A stretch of DNA of 64,000 nt from Chitinophagales bacterium (GTDB lineage: Bacteria > Bacteroidota > Bacteroidia > Chitinophagales > UBA8649), in the NCBI GenBank assembly GCA_049890075.1, contig JBMHCE010000024.1, positions 10,705 through 74,704 of the forward strand, written 5' to 3'. Of the stretch, positions 55,648 through 64,000 are shown piece after piece. Both the position numbers and the translations under genes were made by a program. Within the stretch, counting starts at the first letter, position 1. Each line of letters begins with the position of its first letter. The notes below the pieces were generated by a model. That model was not told the origin of the DNA. It was given only the letters and a program-made list of their open reading frames with translations, and ran no database searches.

Positions 55648-56895
55648 ATGTCAAACGATTATGTACGGTTCATAGGTCGACCACCCTCTGTATTTTATCG
55701 TTGGGGTTTATTTAGCTTGTTTGTACTTTTTTTAGCAAGTATTGCTGTAAGCCTTGTCATGGAGGTGCCCAAAAAAGTCAAGGCTTCTGCAGACGTTACT
55801 GCAGCTGAAGCATCGAGCCCGGTCATCGCGCACAATGCGGGTCTTGTAGAAGAGATTTACTACACTGAAGGCACATATGTCAATGAGGGCAATGTTCTCT
55901 TTCGACTGAATTCCGAGGCGAATTATGATGATGTTTTGGTATTAGAAAAATGGCTATCGACTACAGACTCTACGGAAAACAGAGCGTCGTTGCCTAAAAA
56001 CCTTTCATTGGGTAGCGATCAGTTATCCGAGGCCTATATGAAGCTCCGGCGCCTCGTTGATTTAGCGGCTTATGGTCAAGATTCCCTGGGTAAAGCGCTT
56101 CGTAAACAGAGTATTGAAGAACAAATTGCTGCTTTAGAAGGAGTGGGTTTACAGATAGTTCGTCAGCAACGTTTGTGCTATGATGTGCTGGAAAGCCTCA
56201 TGGCCCAATTAGCCGATTGGGAAGAACGATTAGCTCAAGGTCTTGTATCTGAGCGTGAAGTGGAGACCTATCGCATACAGGTCAAGGAAAAACGTGAGAC
56301 CTGCGCTCGCTTTTCAAGAAGTATGGAAGATAACAAGGCCTTAATCGAAGGCTTGCGCAGGGAGATTACTAGTTTGGAGGTCAATGACCTCACGACAAAA
56401 GCAGAAGACAAAACAGAGGAGTTACTCGCCTGCGAAAACCTTCGTATAGCGATCAATTCTTGGAAAGAGCGTTACTTGATATCTGCTAAGACATCTGGGG
56501 TGTTAACCCTAAGCGATGAGGACTTGATGGGTTCGGCTCTATCCAAAGATCAAGTTGTTGGCGAAATCCTTCAAGATGGGGCTTCCGCCCAAGTGTATGC
56601 TTACATTCCTGTGTCGTCTATCGATGAGGTCCGAATTGGGCAGGAGGTGCAAGTACTTATCGAGGGATTTAGCTTGCGGGAATATGGCAAGCTAGAGGGG
56701 GCTGTCACGGCTATCCGCCCAACGCTCGAAGAAGATAAGATGCACCAACGAATCGAAATAAGCTTGACAAATGGCCTAACAACATCCAAAGGGAAAGTAA
56801 TAGAATACCGACCTTCTTATAGAGCAGAAGCCATTATCGTTACAGAAAGAACGCCGATCCTGTTTCGCTTACTTGATGAATTGAGGTCTTCGTAA
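55648..56895 (+). CDS. HlyD-family membrane-fusion (periplasmic adaptor) protein, orphan
   Basis: It has an N-terminal TM anchor, a lipoyl-like hairpin (IAHNAGLVEEIYYTEGTYVNEGNVLFRL), a long coiled coil and a C-terminal beta-barrel segment (GQEVQVLIEGF..YGKLEGAVTAI). It starts 10 nt after porV. Confidence 0.6.
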   Translation: MSNDYVRFIGRPPSVFYRWGLFSLFVLFLASIAVSLVMEVPKKVKASADVTAAEASSPVIAHNAGLVEEIYYTEGTYVNEGNVLFRLNSEANYDDVLVLEKWLSTTDSTENRASLPKNLSLGSDQLSEAYMKLRRLVDLAAYGQDSLGKALRKQSIEEQIAALEGVGLQIVRQQRLCYDVLESLMAQLADWEERLAQGLVSEREVETYRIQVKEKRETCARFSRSMEDNKALIEGLRREITSLEVNDLTTKAEDKTEELLACENLRIAINSWKERYLISAKTSGVLTLSDEDLMGSALSKDQVVGEILQDGASAQVYAYIPVSSIDEVRIGQEVQVLIEGFSLREYGKLEGAVTAIRPTLEEDKMHQRIEISLTNGLTTSKGKVIEYRPSYRAEAIIVTERTPILFRLLDELRSS

Positions 56896-57026
56896 CACGG
56901 AGGCTGTGGTTAGGCTTTTCCCTATTCAACCATCTTCTGTAAAATTCTATTTGCCGATTCACACTTATGACGGTAGAATAGAAATAAATGGAGGCGATAC
57001 CTCATCTTTGTATAGTCTTTTATAGC

Positions 57027-58088
57027 ATGAAGCACTCTCCATCCATTCCAAAACCAGTTCGAATTTGGTTGTTTTTAGGCCTTGTTATGGTCTTAGGTCA
57101 AATCCTTATTGGCGGAGTAACTCGACTGACGGATAGTGGGTTAAGTATAACAGAGTGGGAAGTGGTTTCAGGAACCTTACCCCCGCTGAATGCTGTGCAA
57201 TGGGATAATGCCTTTGAGGCTTATAAGGTTGCTGCAAGCCGACAGCACGAGGTCCTCCATGCAACCATGACCCTCGAAGAGTTTAAATGGATTTATTTCT
57301 GGGAATATTTTCACCGTCTTTGGGCAAGATGCATGGGCTTAGTCTTTATCATTCCTTTTTTGTGGTTTGTAAGGAAAGGATGGATTCCCAGCTGGCTTGG
57401 TAAACGATTGGCCTGGGTCATTTTGTTGGCGGCAGCTCAAGCTACCATGGGATGGATAATGGTAAAAAGTGGACTTAATGATGACACAAGAACATGGGTC
57501 AGTGCTTATAAGTTGGTATACCACCTGTCGCTTGCGACTATTTTGCTTGGTATTCTCTACAATACCTACCTCCATGCCCAATATGGAAGTCAACCCAAGG
57601 ACTTCGGTCGAATAAACAACGACAAGGTCTTTTACTTAAGTGGTGGCCTGTTATTGACGCAAATCGTCTTAGGTGGATTTATGGCAGGTATGCGTGCAGG
57701 GCTGATTCACAACGTGTGGCCTGTAGTATTGGACATAGAGGGTTTTGCTCAGCTCTTCTCTTACGATGCTGCGAATTGGACAAATTATGAAGCCAATATC
57801 GCAGTCAAAGCGTGGGTGCAGGCAGCCCATCGATCGACGGCTATTCTTCTTGTTTTTGTATTTATATACTTGGCCAAGCGTTTCTTTAATGACCACAGTC
57901 CTTCAGTGAAAGCGTTGACTATATTCTTAGGAATCCAATATGCTCTTGGTGTGCTCACTTTGATATATGCTGTGGGGTCCATACCCCTTCTGTACGGAAG
58001 CCTTCATCAGCTAGTAGCTATGGGCCTTGTTATGTGCTTTCTACATCTGCATTATGCAGTGCGTTATAAGCACCATTCCCAACTATAA
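57027..58088 (+). CDS. ctaA: Heme A synthase (COX15/CtaA family)
   Basis: IGGVTRLTDSGLSITEW is present, with eight TM helices carrying conserved His residues. The start is ATG 57027 or ATG 56988. Confidence 0.8.
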   Translation: MKHSPSIPKPVRIWLFLGLVMVLGQILIGGVTRLTDSGLSITEWEVVSGTLPPLNAVQWDNAFEAYKVAASRQHEVLHATMTLEEFKWIYFWEYFHRLWARCMGLVFIIPFLWFVRKGWIPSWLGKRLAWVILLAAAQATMGWIMVKSGLNDDTRTWVSAYKLVYHLSLATILLGILYNTYLHAQYGSQPKDFGRINNDKVFYLSGGLLLTQIVLGGFMAGMRAGLIHNVWPVVLDIEGFAQLFSYDAANWTNYEANIAVKAWVQAAHRSTAILLVFVFIYLAKRFFNDHSPSVKALTIFLGIQYALGVLTLIYAVGSIPLLYGSLHQLVAMGLVMCFLHLHYAVRYKHHSQL

Positions 58089-59327
58089 CTCATTGATAAC
58101 AGGAGACTCTTTGCTTATGCGGAAGGAAATGCCTTCTTCTTCTAAGCGCTGCATGATAGCTTCCCCAACGGATTTATCTTTTACCTCCACCCCTAGCATG
58201 GCACTCGAGTAGCCATTAATGGCTTTTGCGTTGCTGTATCGACTAAAGGATACTAGTCCTTCGTGTTCCTTTTCAATAATCGATAGGATGGAAGCAAAAC
58301 TCCCTGATATCTGAGGAACTTCTGCGCGTATATAGAATTTTTTACCCTCATAGAGTTTTGCCCGCTCAATGATTTCTTGAATTCGGTAGATATCATTGTT
58401 TCCCCCGCTTACAATGCATACTATGGTTTTTCCTGTTAGGTCAATGTCCATTTGATACAGGCCTGTTACGGCCAAGATTCCAGCGGGTTCAGCAATAATA
58501 CCATCTTCATTATACATTTCGATGAGCGCAGAACATATCGCTCCTTCTGAAGCCGTAAGCATTTGAAGATTAAGCTGTCTACAAATCTCGAAATTGGTTT
58601 CCCCAATGGTAGCCACGGAGGCTCCATCGACAAACTTGCTAATAGAGGGTAGCGTAACTACTTTGTTTTGATTGATAGCTTCGGTCATACTTGCTGCTTC
58701 CGCAGGTTCAACACCGAAGAGTTGGGCATCAGGTGCTGCCTGGGCCATTACGGAACCTACGCCTGATAGCAAGCCACCACCCCCAACACATATGGAGACA
58801 ATATCTGGAGTCTTTCCTAACTGCTCGAGAATCTCAAGTCCAATAGTTCCTTGTCCCAAGATTACATCACGATCGTTAAAGGGATGAACAAAAGGAATTT
58901 TGTCCTGTTCGGCAAGCCGCAACGCATATCGATATGCCTCGTCATAGGTTTCTCCATGCAACTGAATCTCAACCCACTCGCCTCCAAAACTCTCAACCTT
59001 AGAAATTTTTTGTTGAGGCGTTGTCTCGGGCATGATAATTAGTCCTTTAATATGTAATGACGAACAGCTCAGGGCAACACCTTGGGCATGATTTCCTGCA
59101 CTGGCGCAGATAACGCGTTCAACATTTTCATATTGAGAGAGGGTGAGCAGCTTGTTGTATGCTCCTCGTATTTTATACGATCGTACCTGTTGAAGGTCCT
59201 CTCTTTTTAAGTATATATCAGCCTTGAAGTGGTTAGATAGCCTTGTGCTTCGTTCCAAAGGAGTCTCTGCAAGCAGCGCAGCAATTCGTTGTTGGGCCTG
59301 TTTAAATTCATCAAGCGTCGGTAGCAT
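58083..59327 (-). CDS. ilvA: Threonine ammonia-lyase (threonine dehydratase)
   Basis: The PLP-lysine motif (QQVRSYKIRGAYNK), ASAGNHAQGVA, GGGGLLSG and a single C-terminal ACT-like domain are present. Confidence 0.85.
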   Translation of the reverse strand: MLPTLDEFKQAQQRIAALLAETPLERSTRLSNHFKADIYLKREDLQQVRSYKIRGAYNKLLTLSQYENVERVICASAGNHAQGVALSCSSLHIKGLIIMPETTPQQKISKVESFGGEWVEIQLHGETYDEAYRYALRLAEQDKIPFVHPFNDRDVILGQGTIGLEILEQLGKTPDIVSICVGGGGLLSGVGSVMAQAAPDAQLFGVEPAEAASMTEAINQNKVVTLPSISKFVDGASVATIGETNFEICRQLNLQMLTASEGAICSALIEMYNEDGIIAEPAGILAVTGLYQMDIDLTGKTIVCIVSGGNNDIYRIQEIIERAKLYEGKKFYIRAEVPQISGSFASILSIIEKEHEGLVSFSRYSNAKAINGYSSAMLGVEVKDKSVGEAIMQRLEEEGISFRISKESPVINEL

Positions 59328-60069
59328 CGTTTGGTTTTATAGATACGAGATAGGTGTCGGATGCTGGTGATGCTAAAATAGTGATATGTTGTTCTTGTAT
59401 GAGCTCAAGGAGGCTAAGAAAATTATAGACCAGTTCTAACCGCGAACCAGCCTGCGATAAAATTTCTTCTATTTCGATAGCCTTTGCTTTATTCGATAGC
59501 CATTTCCTTACCCATTGCTTTTTTTCCTTCAGGGTAAAGGCGGCTTCCTTTACCTCATGCTTAGGAGCATTGCGATACTTCTGTTGTTGCAATAGGCGCA
59601 CATAAGCACGGTGCAAGGCGCTGAGCGAAGGGCTTTCTAAAGGAATGGCCTCTCTTTGTAAGACCTCTGCGAGGCGGCGTCCTTCTTCTGGGTTCTGACC
59701 TCGGCGGGCATATAATGCTCTGGTGTCGGCTAATTCTTTTAGCCATTCACTGGCTTCTTTGTATTGCTGATAGACAAGTAACTGATGGGCTAGGCTTTGT
59801 CTGGGGTCTTCACCGCCTTCTTCTATTTCTTGATTGTAGCGTGGCAGGAGGGTTTTTGACTTGATGCGAATCAAACTAGCCGCCATTACAATAAAGTCGC
59901 TAGCTAGGCTTATATCGAGTCGCTTAGCTTCTTCGATATAGGTTAAAAAGTCTTCAGTGATCTTCGCAATGGGAATGTCGTGTATATCAATTTCATCGCG
60001 CTTGATAAAAAATAAAAGAAGGTCAAATGGTCCTTCAAAAATTGGAAGATCAATGGAATACTGCTCCAT
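59311..60069 (-). CDS. scpA: Segregation and condensation protein A
   Basis: The N-terminus (IDLPIFEGPFDLLLFFIKRDEIDIHDIPIAKIT) is canonical ScpA. The start is set at ATG 60069. Confidence 0.85.
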   Translation of the reverse strand: MEQYSIDLPIFEGPFDLLLFFIKRDEIDIHDIPIAKITEDFLTYIEEAKRLDISLASDFIVMAASLIRIKSKTLLPRYNQEIEEGGEDPRQSLAHQLLVYQQYKEASEWLKELADTRALYARRGQNPEEGRRLAEVLQREAIPLESPSLSALHRAYVRLLQQQKYRNAPKHEVKEAAFTLKEKKQWVRKWLSNKAKAIEIEEILSQAGSRLELVYNFLSLLELIQEQHITILASPASDTYLVSIKPNDATDA

Positions 60070-60070
60070 A

Positions 60071-62308
60071 TTATAAACCGTGCATCGCGTGAAATTGAAG
60101 ACGAACAAGGCGTAAAATATGCTCAGGAATTTCTTCTTCGTCGAATTCTTCTTCTAAAGGTCCTAGCTGGTCCTCCTCTAAGTCCCTATAAAAGTCCCAC
60201 ATTTCATCATAGAGTTCTTCATCAACTTCTTCGGAAAAAAGATGTTGTACGTTGAGTTTTGTTCCTGCCATAATTATGGTCTCTAACTCATTAATGACAT
60301 GATCTTTGTCCCCTCCTAGGAAACCTTCTAGTGCGTCGAGGGTCATTTTTTTATCAATCATTTCGATCAACTTCACTTTTTGTGCTGACTTTTTTATTAC
60401 CCCTTTGGTTTGAATGGATAGGTTAGGTTCAAGGTCGTGGTCCTTGGTAAACTGTTGCACGATAGGAAGTATTGACTGTCCAAACTTACGGTTCTTTCGA
60501 TCACTGACCCCTTGCACAGCAAGGAAGTTCTCAGGAGTAGTGGGTAAGGAGGTTGCCGTTTCTTTTAATGCAGCATCGGAAAACACCAAAAAGCTGGGGA
60601 TGTTAAGGGATTCTGCCTTGCGCTTACAAGAAGCTTTTAGTAGGTCATAGAGTTCTTGGTGGAAAGTTGCCTCTTGAGCACTTTGCGGACGGTCAAGGCG
60701 TTGTTGCAGGGAGACCGAAAAACTAGATGGCGTTACGTTTTCTTTTGACCATTTTCCGGGAAGAACATTTAGCGGATTGTTAGGGTCTCGCTGCAAAACC
60801 CCCGCATTGATGGCCATTTCAATGAGCTCTCGAATACTATTGGGTCGGAGGGTTTTCCCAAGTCCAAAAATGGCAGACTGTTCGAACTTTGCCGTAGTAA
60901 TGGCAGGAGTTGTGCGTCCTAGCAATAGGGTTTGTATCATTTTCTTTGCGGCTCCATTGGGTGTGTTCTTACTCATCCACACTAGGACTTCCTTTGCCAT
61001 TTCCTGTAAGTCTGTTGTTTCATGCTTTTGAGCACAGTTATCACAGGTATTATTTTCCATACAGGAATTGTGCTCGGTTTGTTCTCCAAAATATCTTAGG
61101 ACAAAGGCTCTTCTGCATGTCCCGGACAACACAAAATCGTGCATGCTTTCCAGCAATTGGCTTGCGCGTTGCCGCTCTCCCTCATTAAGGTCTTTAAATC
61201 GGCGGGCATAGGACTTTACATCTTTTTCACTGTAAAAACCTAGGCATCGAGAAGGCTTGCCATCTCGCCCGGCTCGCCCAGTTTCCTGATAATAGTTCTC
61301 TATGCTTTTTGGAAGATCATGATGGATAACAAAGCGCACATCCGCTTTATCTATACCCATTCCAAAGGCTATAGTCGCTACAATAACATGAGCCTGGCCT
61401 GTAGTAAAAGCATTTTGTACTTCCATTCTCGATTTAGTAGGAAGGCCACCGTGATAGGCCATGGCTTTAATCCCATTGTTTTGAAGCATCTCTGCAACTT
61501 CCTCCGTAGTTTTCCTGTACATGCAGTAAATGATACCCGTTTCTTGTGGGTGTTGCAGTACTTCTTTGGCTATGGCTTGATGCAGGGCGGCTTGAGGAAG
61601 CTTGGGCTGAATAAAATAAGAGAGATTGGGTCGATTAAAAGAGGCCTTAAAGACGCTGACATCCCTAAGCTTTAGGTTGTCAATAATGTCTTGTTGGACA
61701 AAAGGAGTAGCTGTAGCGGTAAGACAAATTATCGTGGGCTGTTTACTTAAACGACTTAAGTATTTTCTAATATTTCGGTATTCTGGGCGAAAGTCATGAC
61801 CCCATTCAGAGACACAATGTGCTTCATCAATCGCAACTAAAGGTGGGTTGATGGATTCAAGAAAGGCTTGGTTGGCATCAACACTTAGCCATTCAGGTGA
61901 TACATAGACGAGCTTCGTCTCGCCTTCTTGGACTTTAGCCTTTATCTCATGTTGTTTACCAGCAGGGATACTCGAGTTTAGAACATGGGCATAGTGTTCA
62001 TGCCCGAGCTTTCTATTCACGCTATCCGCCTGATCTTTCATAAGGGCAATAAGGGGCGACACAACGACAGCACACCCATCCAGGGCTAACGAAGGCAATT
62101 GATAACAGAGAGATTTGCCACCACCCGTTGGCATAAGAACTAAACAATCATTACCCCTTAAAACGGCAGTAATTGCATCTTTTTGAAGCGGTCGAAATTC
62201 TTCAAGTCCGAAACGAGATAACCATCCCGTTAAATCAAGAGAGAAATCAGTGTGTACCTTTGCCTCTAGAGAGGTAATATCCATTTCATTTTGCATAGAC
62301 ATGCTCAA
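60071..62308 (-). CDS. recQ: ATP-dependent DNA helicase RecQ
   Basis: Walker A (MPTGGGKSLCYQLP), the DEAH box (VAIDEAHCVSEWGHDFRPEY), a Zn-binding Cys cluster (..CDNC) and an HRDC-like region are present. Confidence 0.95.
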   Translation of the reverse strand: MSMSMQNEMDITSLEAKVHTDFSLDLTGWLSRFGLEEFRPLQKDAITAVLRGNDCLVLMPTGGGKSLCYQLPSLALDGCAVVVSPLIALMKDQADSVNRKLGHEHYAHVLNSSIPAGKQHEIKAKVQEGETKLVYVSPEWLSVDANQAFLESINPPLVAIDEAHCVSEWGHDFRPEYRNIRKYLSRLSKQPTIICLTATATPFVQQDIIDNLKLRDVSVFKASFNRPNLSYFIQPKLPQAALHQAIAKEVLQHPQETGIIYCMYRKTTEEVAEMLQNNGIKAMAYHGGLPTKSRMEVQNAFTTGQAHVIVATIAFGMGIDKADVRFVIHHDLPKSIENYYQETGRAGRDGKPSRCLGFYSEKDVKSYARRFKDLNEGERQRASQLLESMHDFVLSGTCRRAFVLRYFGEQTEHNSCMENNTCDNCAQKHETTDLQEMAKEVLVWMSKNTPNGAAKKMIQTLLLGRTTPAITTAKFEQSAIFGLGKTLRPNSIRELIEMAINAGVLQRDPNNPLNVLPGKWSKENVTPSSFSVSLQQRLDRPQSAQEATFHQELYDLLKASCKRKAESLNIPSFLVFSDAALKETATSLPTTPENFLAVQGVSDRKNRKFGQSILPIVQQFTKDHDLEPNLSIQTKGVIKKSAQKVKLIEMIDKKMTLDALEGFLGGDKDHVINELETIIMAGTKLNVQHLFSEEVDEELYDEMWDFYRDLEEDQLGPLEEEFDEEEIPEHILRLVRLQFHAMHGL

Positions 62309-62409
62309 TACTTTATTAATTTAACAAATATCTAGGCGAAAAGATGCGTTAGTCCTTAAACAGAAGGCTGAACGCGGGATTTTCATCAACCCTAGAATGA
62401 GAAAGACAT

Positions 62410-63519
62410 ATGGCAAATCAACCTTACATTGTAATTATGGCCGGTGGCCTAGGGAGTCGATTTTGGCCGATGAGTCGGCAAAAAAAACCAAAGCAGTTTT
62501 TAGATGTTTTGGATTCTGGTCAGTCCATGCTCGCCACAACCGTAGAGCGATTCTTATCGATAACTAGACTGGAAAACATCTTTATTGTTACCCATGCGGA
62601 TTACTTCCAACAGGTTAAGGAGGTATGTCCTGAAATTAGTGATGGCAATATTTTACTGGAGCCCGTTCGGCGTAATACAGCTCCCTGTGTAGCCTTTGCT
62701 TCGGCTGTCATTTATGCCAAGGATCCAGAGGCTCGTATTGTGGTGGCCCCTTCGGACCATTGGGTTGCGGACACTAAGTCTTTTGAAACGGCGATTCAAA
62801 GTGGTATCGATCATTTAGAGCACGCTAATGACCTTATCACGCTAGGGATTCAGCCTCAAAATCCAAATACAGGGTATGGGTATATCCAATATGATAGTGC
62901 TGATCAAGAAGTACACTTAAATAGAAGTGTGTTTGATGTTAGGGCGTTTACCGAAAAGCCTGATGAAGAAACAGCAAAACGTTTTTTGTCTACCGGTGAA
63001 TTTTTATGGAATTCCGGGCTCTTTTTATGGAAGGCTAAGGATATTAAGGCTGCCTTGGCATCGCACTTGTCTGAAATTCACGATGCATTCTTCAAGGAAA
63101 TGCAATCTTGGCTCAATGCTAACACCTACGCCATTAACTACGGTGTACTTCGTAGAATCTATGCGCAGTGCGCAAACATTTCCATTGACTATGGTATAAT
63201 GGAAAAAGTAGGAAATGTTCGGGTGATTCCAAGTGCTTTTGGATGGAGTGATGTGGGAACTTGGAAATCTCTATACGCTCTGTCGGACCAAGATTACATG
63301 GGTAATGTAGCCTTGGGTGATTTGGTGAAAATGTATGATAGCCGTGACAACCTCGTTGTGCAAACAAAGGAAGGTAAGGTCGTCATCCTGAATGGACTAA
63401 AAAAATTACTTATTGTCGATACAGAAGATGCTCTGGTCGTATCAAAAATTGATCGAGAGCAGGAATTTAGGCAGATTGTAAATGATTTAAAAGGAGAGGG
63501 CCTTTCACAGTTTCTTTAG
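62410..63519 (+). CDS. Mannose-1-phosphate guanylyltransferase (no isomerase domain)
   Basis: VIMAGGLGSRFWPMSR, the EPVRRNTAPC pattern and GYGYIQ are present. Confidence 0.8.
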   Translation: MANQPYIVIMAGGLGSRFWPMSRQKKPKQFLDVLDSGQSMLATTVERFLSITRLENIFIVTHADYFQQVKEVCPEISDGNILLEPVRRNTAPCVAFASAVIYAKDPEARIVVAPSDHWVADTKSFETAIQSGIDHLEHANDLITLGIQPQNPNTGYGYIQYDSADQEVHLNRSVFDVRAFTEKPDEETAKRFLSTGEFLWNSGLFLWKAKDIKAALASHLSEIHDAFFKEMQSWLNANTYAINYGVLRRIYAQCANISIDYGIMEKVGNVRVIPSAFGWSDVGTWKSLYALSDQDYMGNVALGDLVKMYDSRDNLVVQTKEGKVVILNGLKKLLIVDTEDALVVSKIDREQEFRQIVNDLKGEGLSQFL

Positions 63520-64000
63520 CGAGCAAAATGCTTGTCAATGATGGTAAACAGCTCTTGGGACGCTTGGTCCAAATCATCATTCACAATGGCATAATCAAAA
63601 GACGCTTCTTGGCGTATCTCATAGTCATACCGGGCAAGTCGGTCTCGTAAGGTATCAGCACTTTCTGTCTTTCGGTCGATAAGTCGTTGTTCTAGCACAG
63701 CCTTAGAAGGCGGTTTGATAAAAATACTGAGCGGTTTAGGATCAATTTTTTGTTGTAGAGAAAGCCCGCCATTGACATCAATATCAAACAAGGGTATGGC
63801 CCCATTGTTTTGGATTCGACTGACTTCGCTTCGTAAGGTTCCGTAGAAGAGTCCAGTGTATACTTCTTCCCATTCTAAAAAGGCGTTGTCTGTCTGAGCC
63901 GCCTTAAAGGCTTCGCTCGAAAGAAAATGATAGTGCCGTCCATCAACTTCTCCTTGGCGTGGAGGGCGAGTGGTAGCACTGATTGAAAACTGGAAGAGTG
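63516..64000 (-). CDS. gmk: Guanylate kinase (5' end beyond window edge)
   Basis: Extending the listed 63516..63791 ORF upstream by hand stays open to the window end. It gives ..ISATTRPPRQGEVDGRHYHFLSSEAF...FLEWEEVYTGLFYGT, the canonical Gmk pattern. Confidence 0.9.
   Translation of the reverse strand, partial: LFQFSISATTRPPRQGEVDGRHYHFLSSEAFKAAQTDNAFLEWEEVYTGLFYGTLRSEVSRIQNNGAIPLFDIDVNGGLSLQQKIDPKPLSIFIKPPSKAVLEQRLIDRKTESADTLRDRLARYDYEIRQEASFDYAIVNDDLDQASQELFTIIDKHFAR

Noticed and set aside
1-64000. A whole-window scan for a genomic island, prophage, defence system (RM, TA, Cas, retron, abortive infection), tRNA/rRNA genes or mobile elements.
   Set aside because: There is no integrase, transposase, recombinase, reverse transcriptase, phage structural gene, tRNA-like sequence or flanking direct repeats. 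Gene content is housekeeping and shows conserved Bacteroidota synteny. I could not compute composition profiles, so a subtle island cannot be formally excluded.

Overview
This window looks like core chromosome from a Bacteroidota (Flavobacteriia-like) genome. The phylum call rests on gliding and type IX secretion genes (gldJ, porP/sprF-like, porU, porV), start codons preceded by A-rich leaders with no Shine-Dalgarno sequence, and typical flavobacterial neighbourhoods (mutL with two rhomboids; TPR, DUF4292 and M23 peptidase; murF next to gldJ). I can support about 60 tightly packed protein genes. These cover DNA repair and replication (mutL, recX, recQ, rnhB, a DnaQ-like exonuclease, scpA), one-carbon and glycine metabolism (gcvH, gcvT, glyA), translation and RNA (gatA, serS, rlmN, dusB, rpmH, rnpA, rho), phospholipid synthesis (psd-like, cdsA, a lipid kinase), a eukaryote-type class Ia ribonucleotide reductase (nrdB-nrdA), envelope genes (murF, an M23 peptidase, a LysM protein, a flippase-like protein) and the T9SS block. 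rpmH (51 aa) is missing from the ORF track and I found it by hand. I saw no rRNA, tRNA, CRISPR array, integrase, transposase, phage gene or recognisable defence gene. I therefore cannot point to a convincing new multi-gene system. The best leads are: (1) the porU-porV operon extended by an orphan HlyD-type membrane-fusion protein, placed divergently from a porP-like/gldJ pair; (2) a 586-bp intergenic region upstream of nrdB whose last ~230 nt is a T-poor, ATG-free polypurine tract made of four short tandem repeat families; (3) a LysM protein whose SGNH-like domain seems to have lost its catalytic residues; (4) out-of-frame overlap of rpmH and rnpA; (5) very compact gene junctions, with six convergent pairs overlapping at their 3' ends, four of them sharing a 4-nt overlap of their stop codons, and one divergent pair with overlapping start codons. 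All functional calls come from reading motifs by eye and from remembered family signatures. No database search was run.
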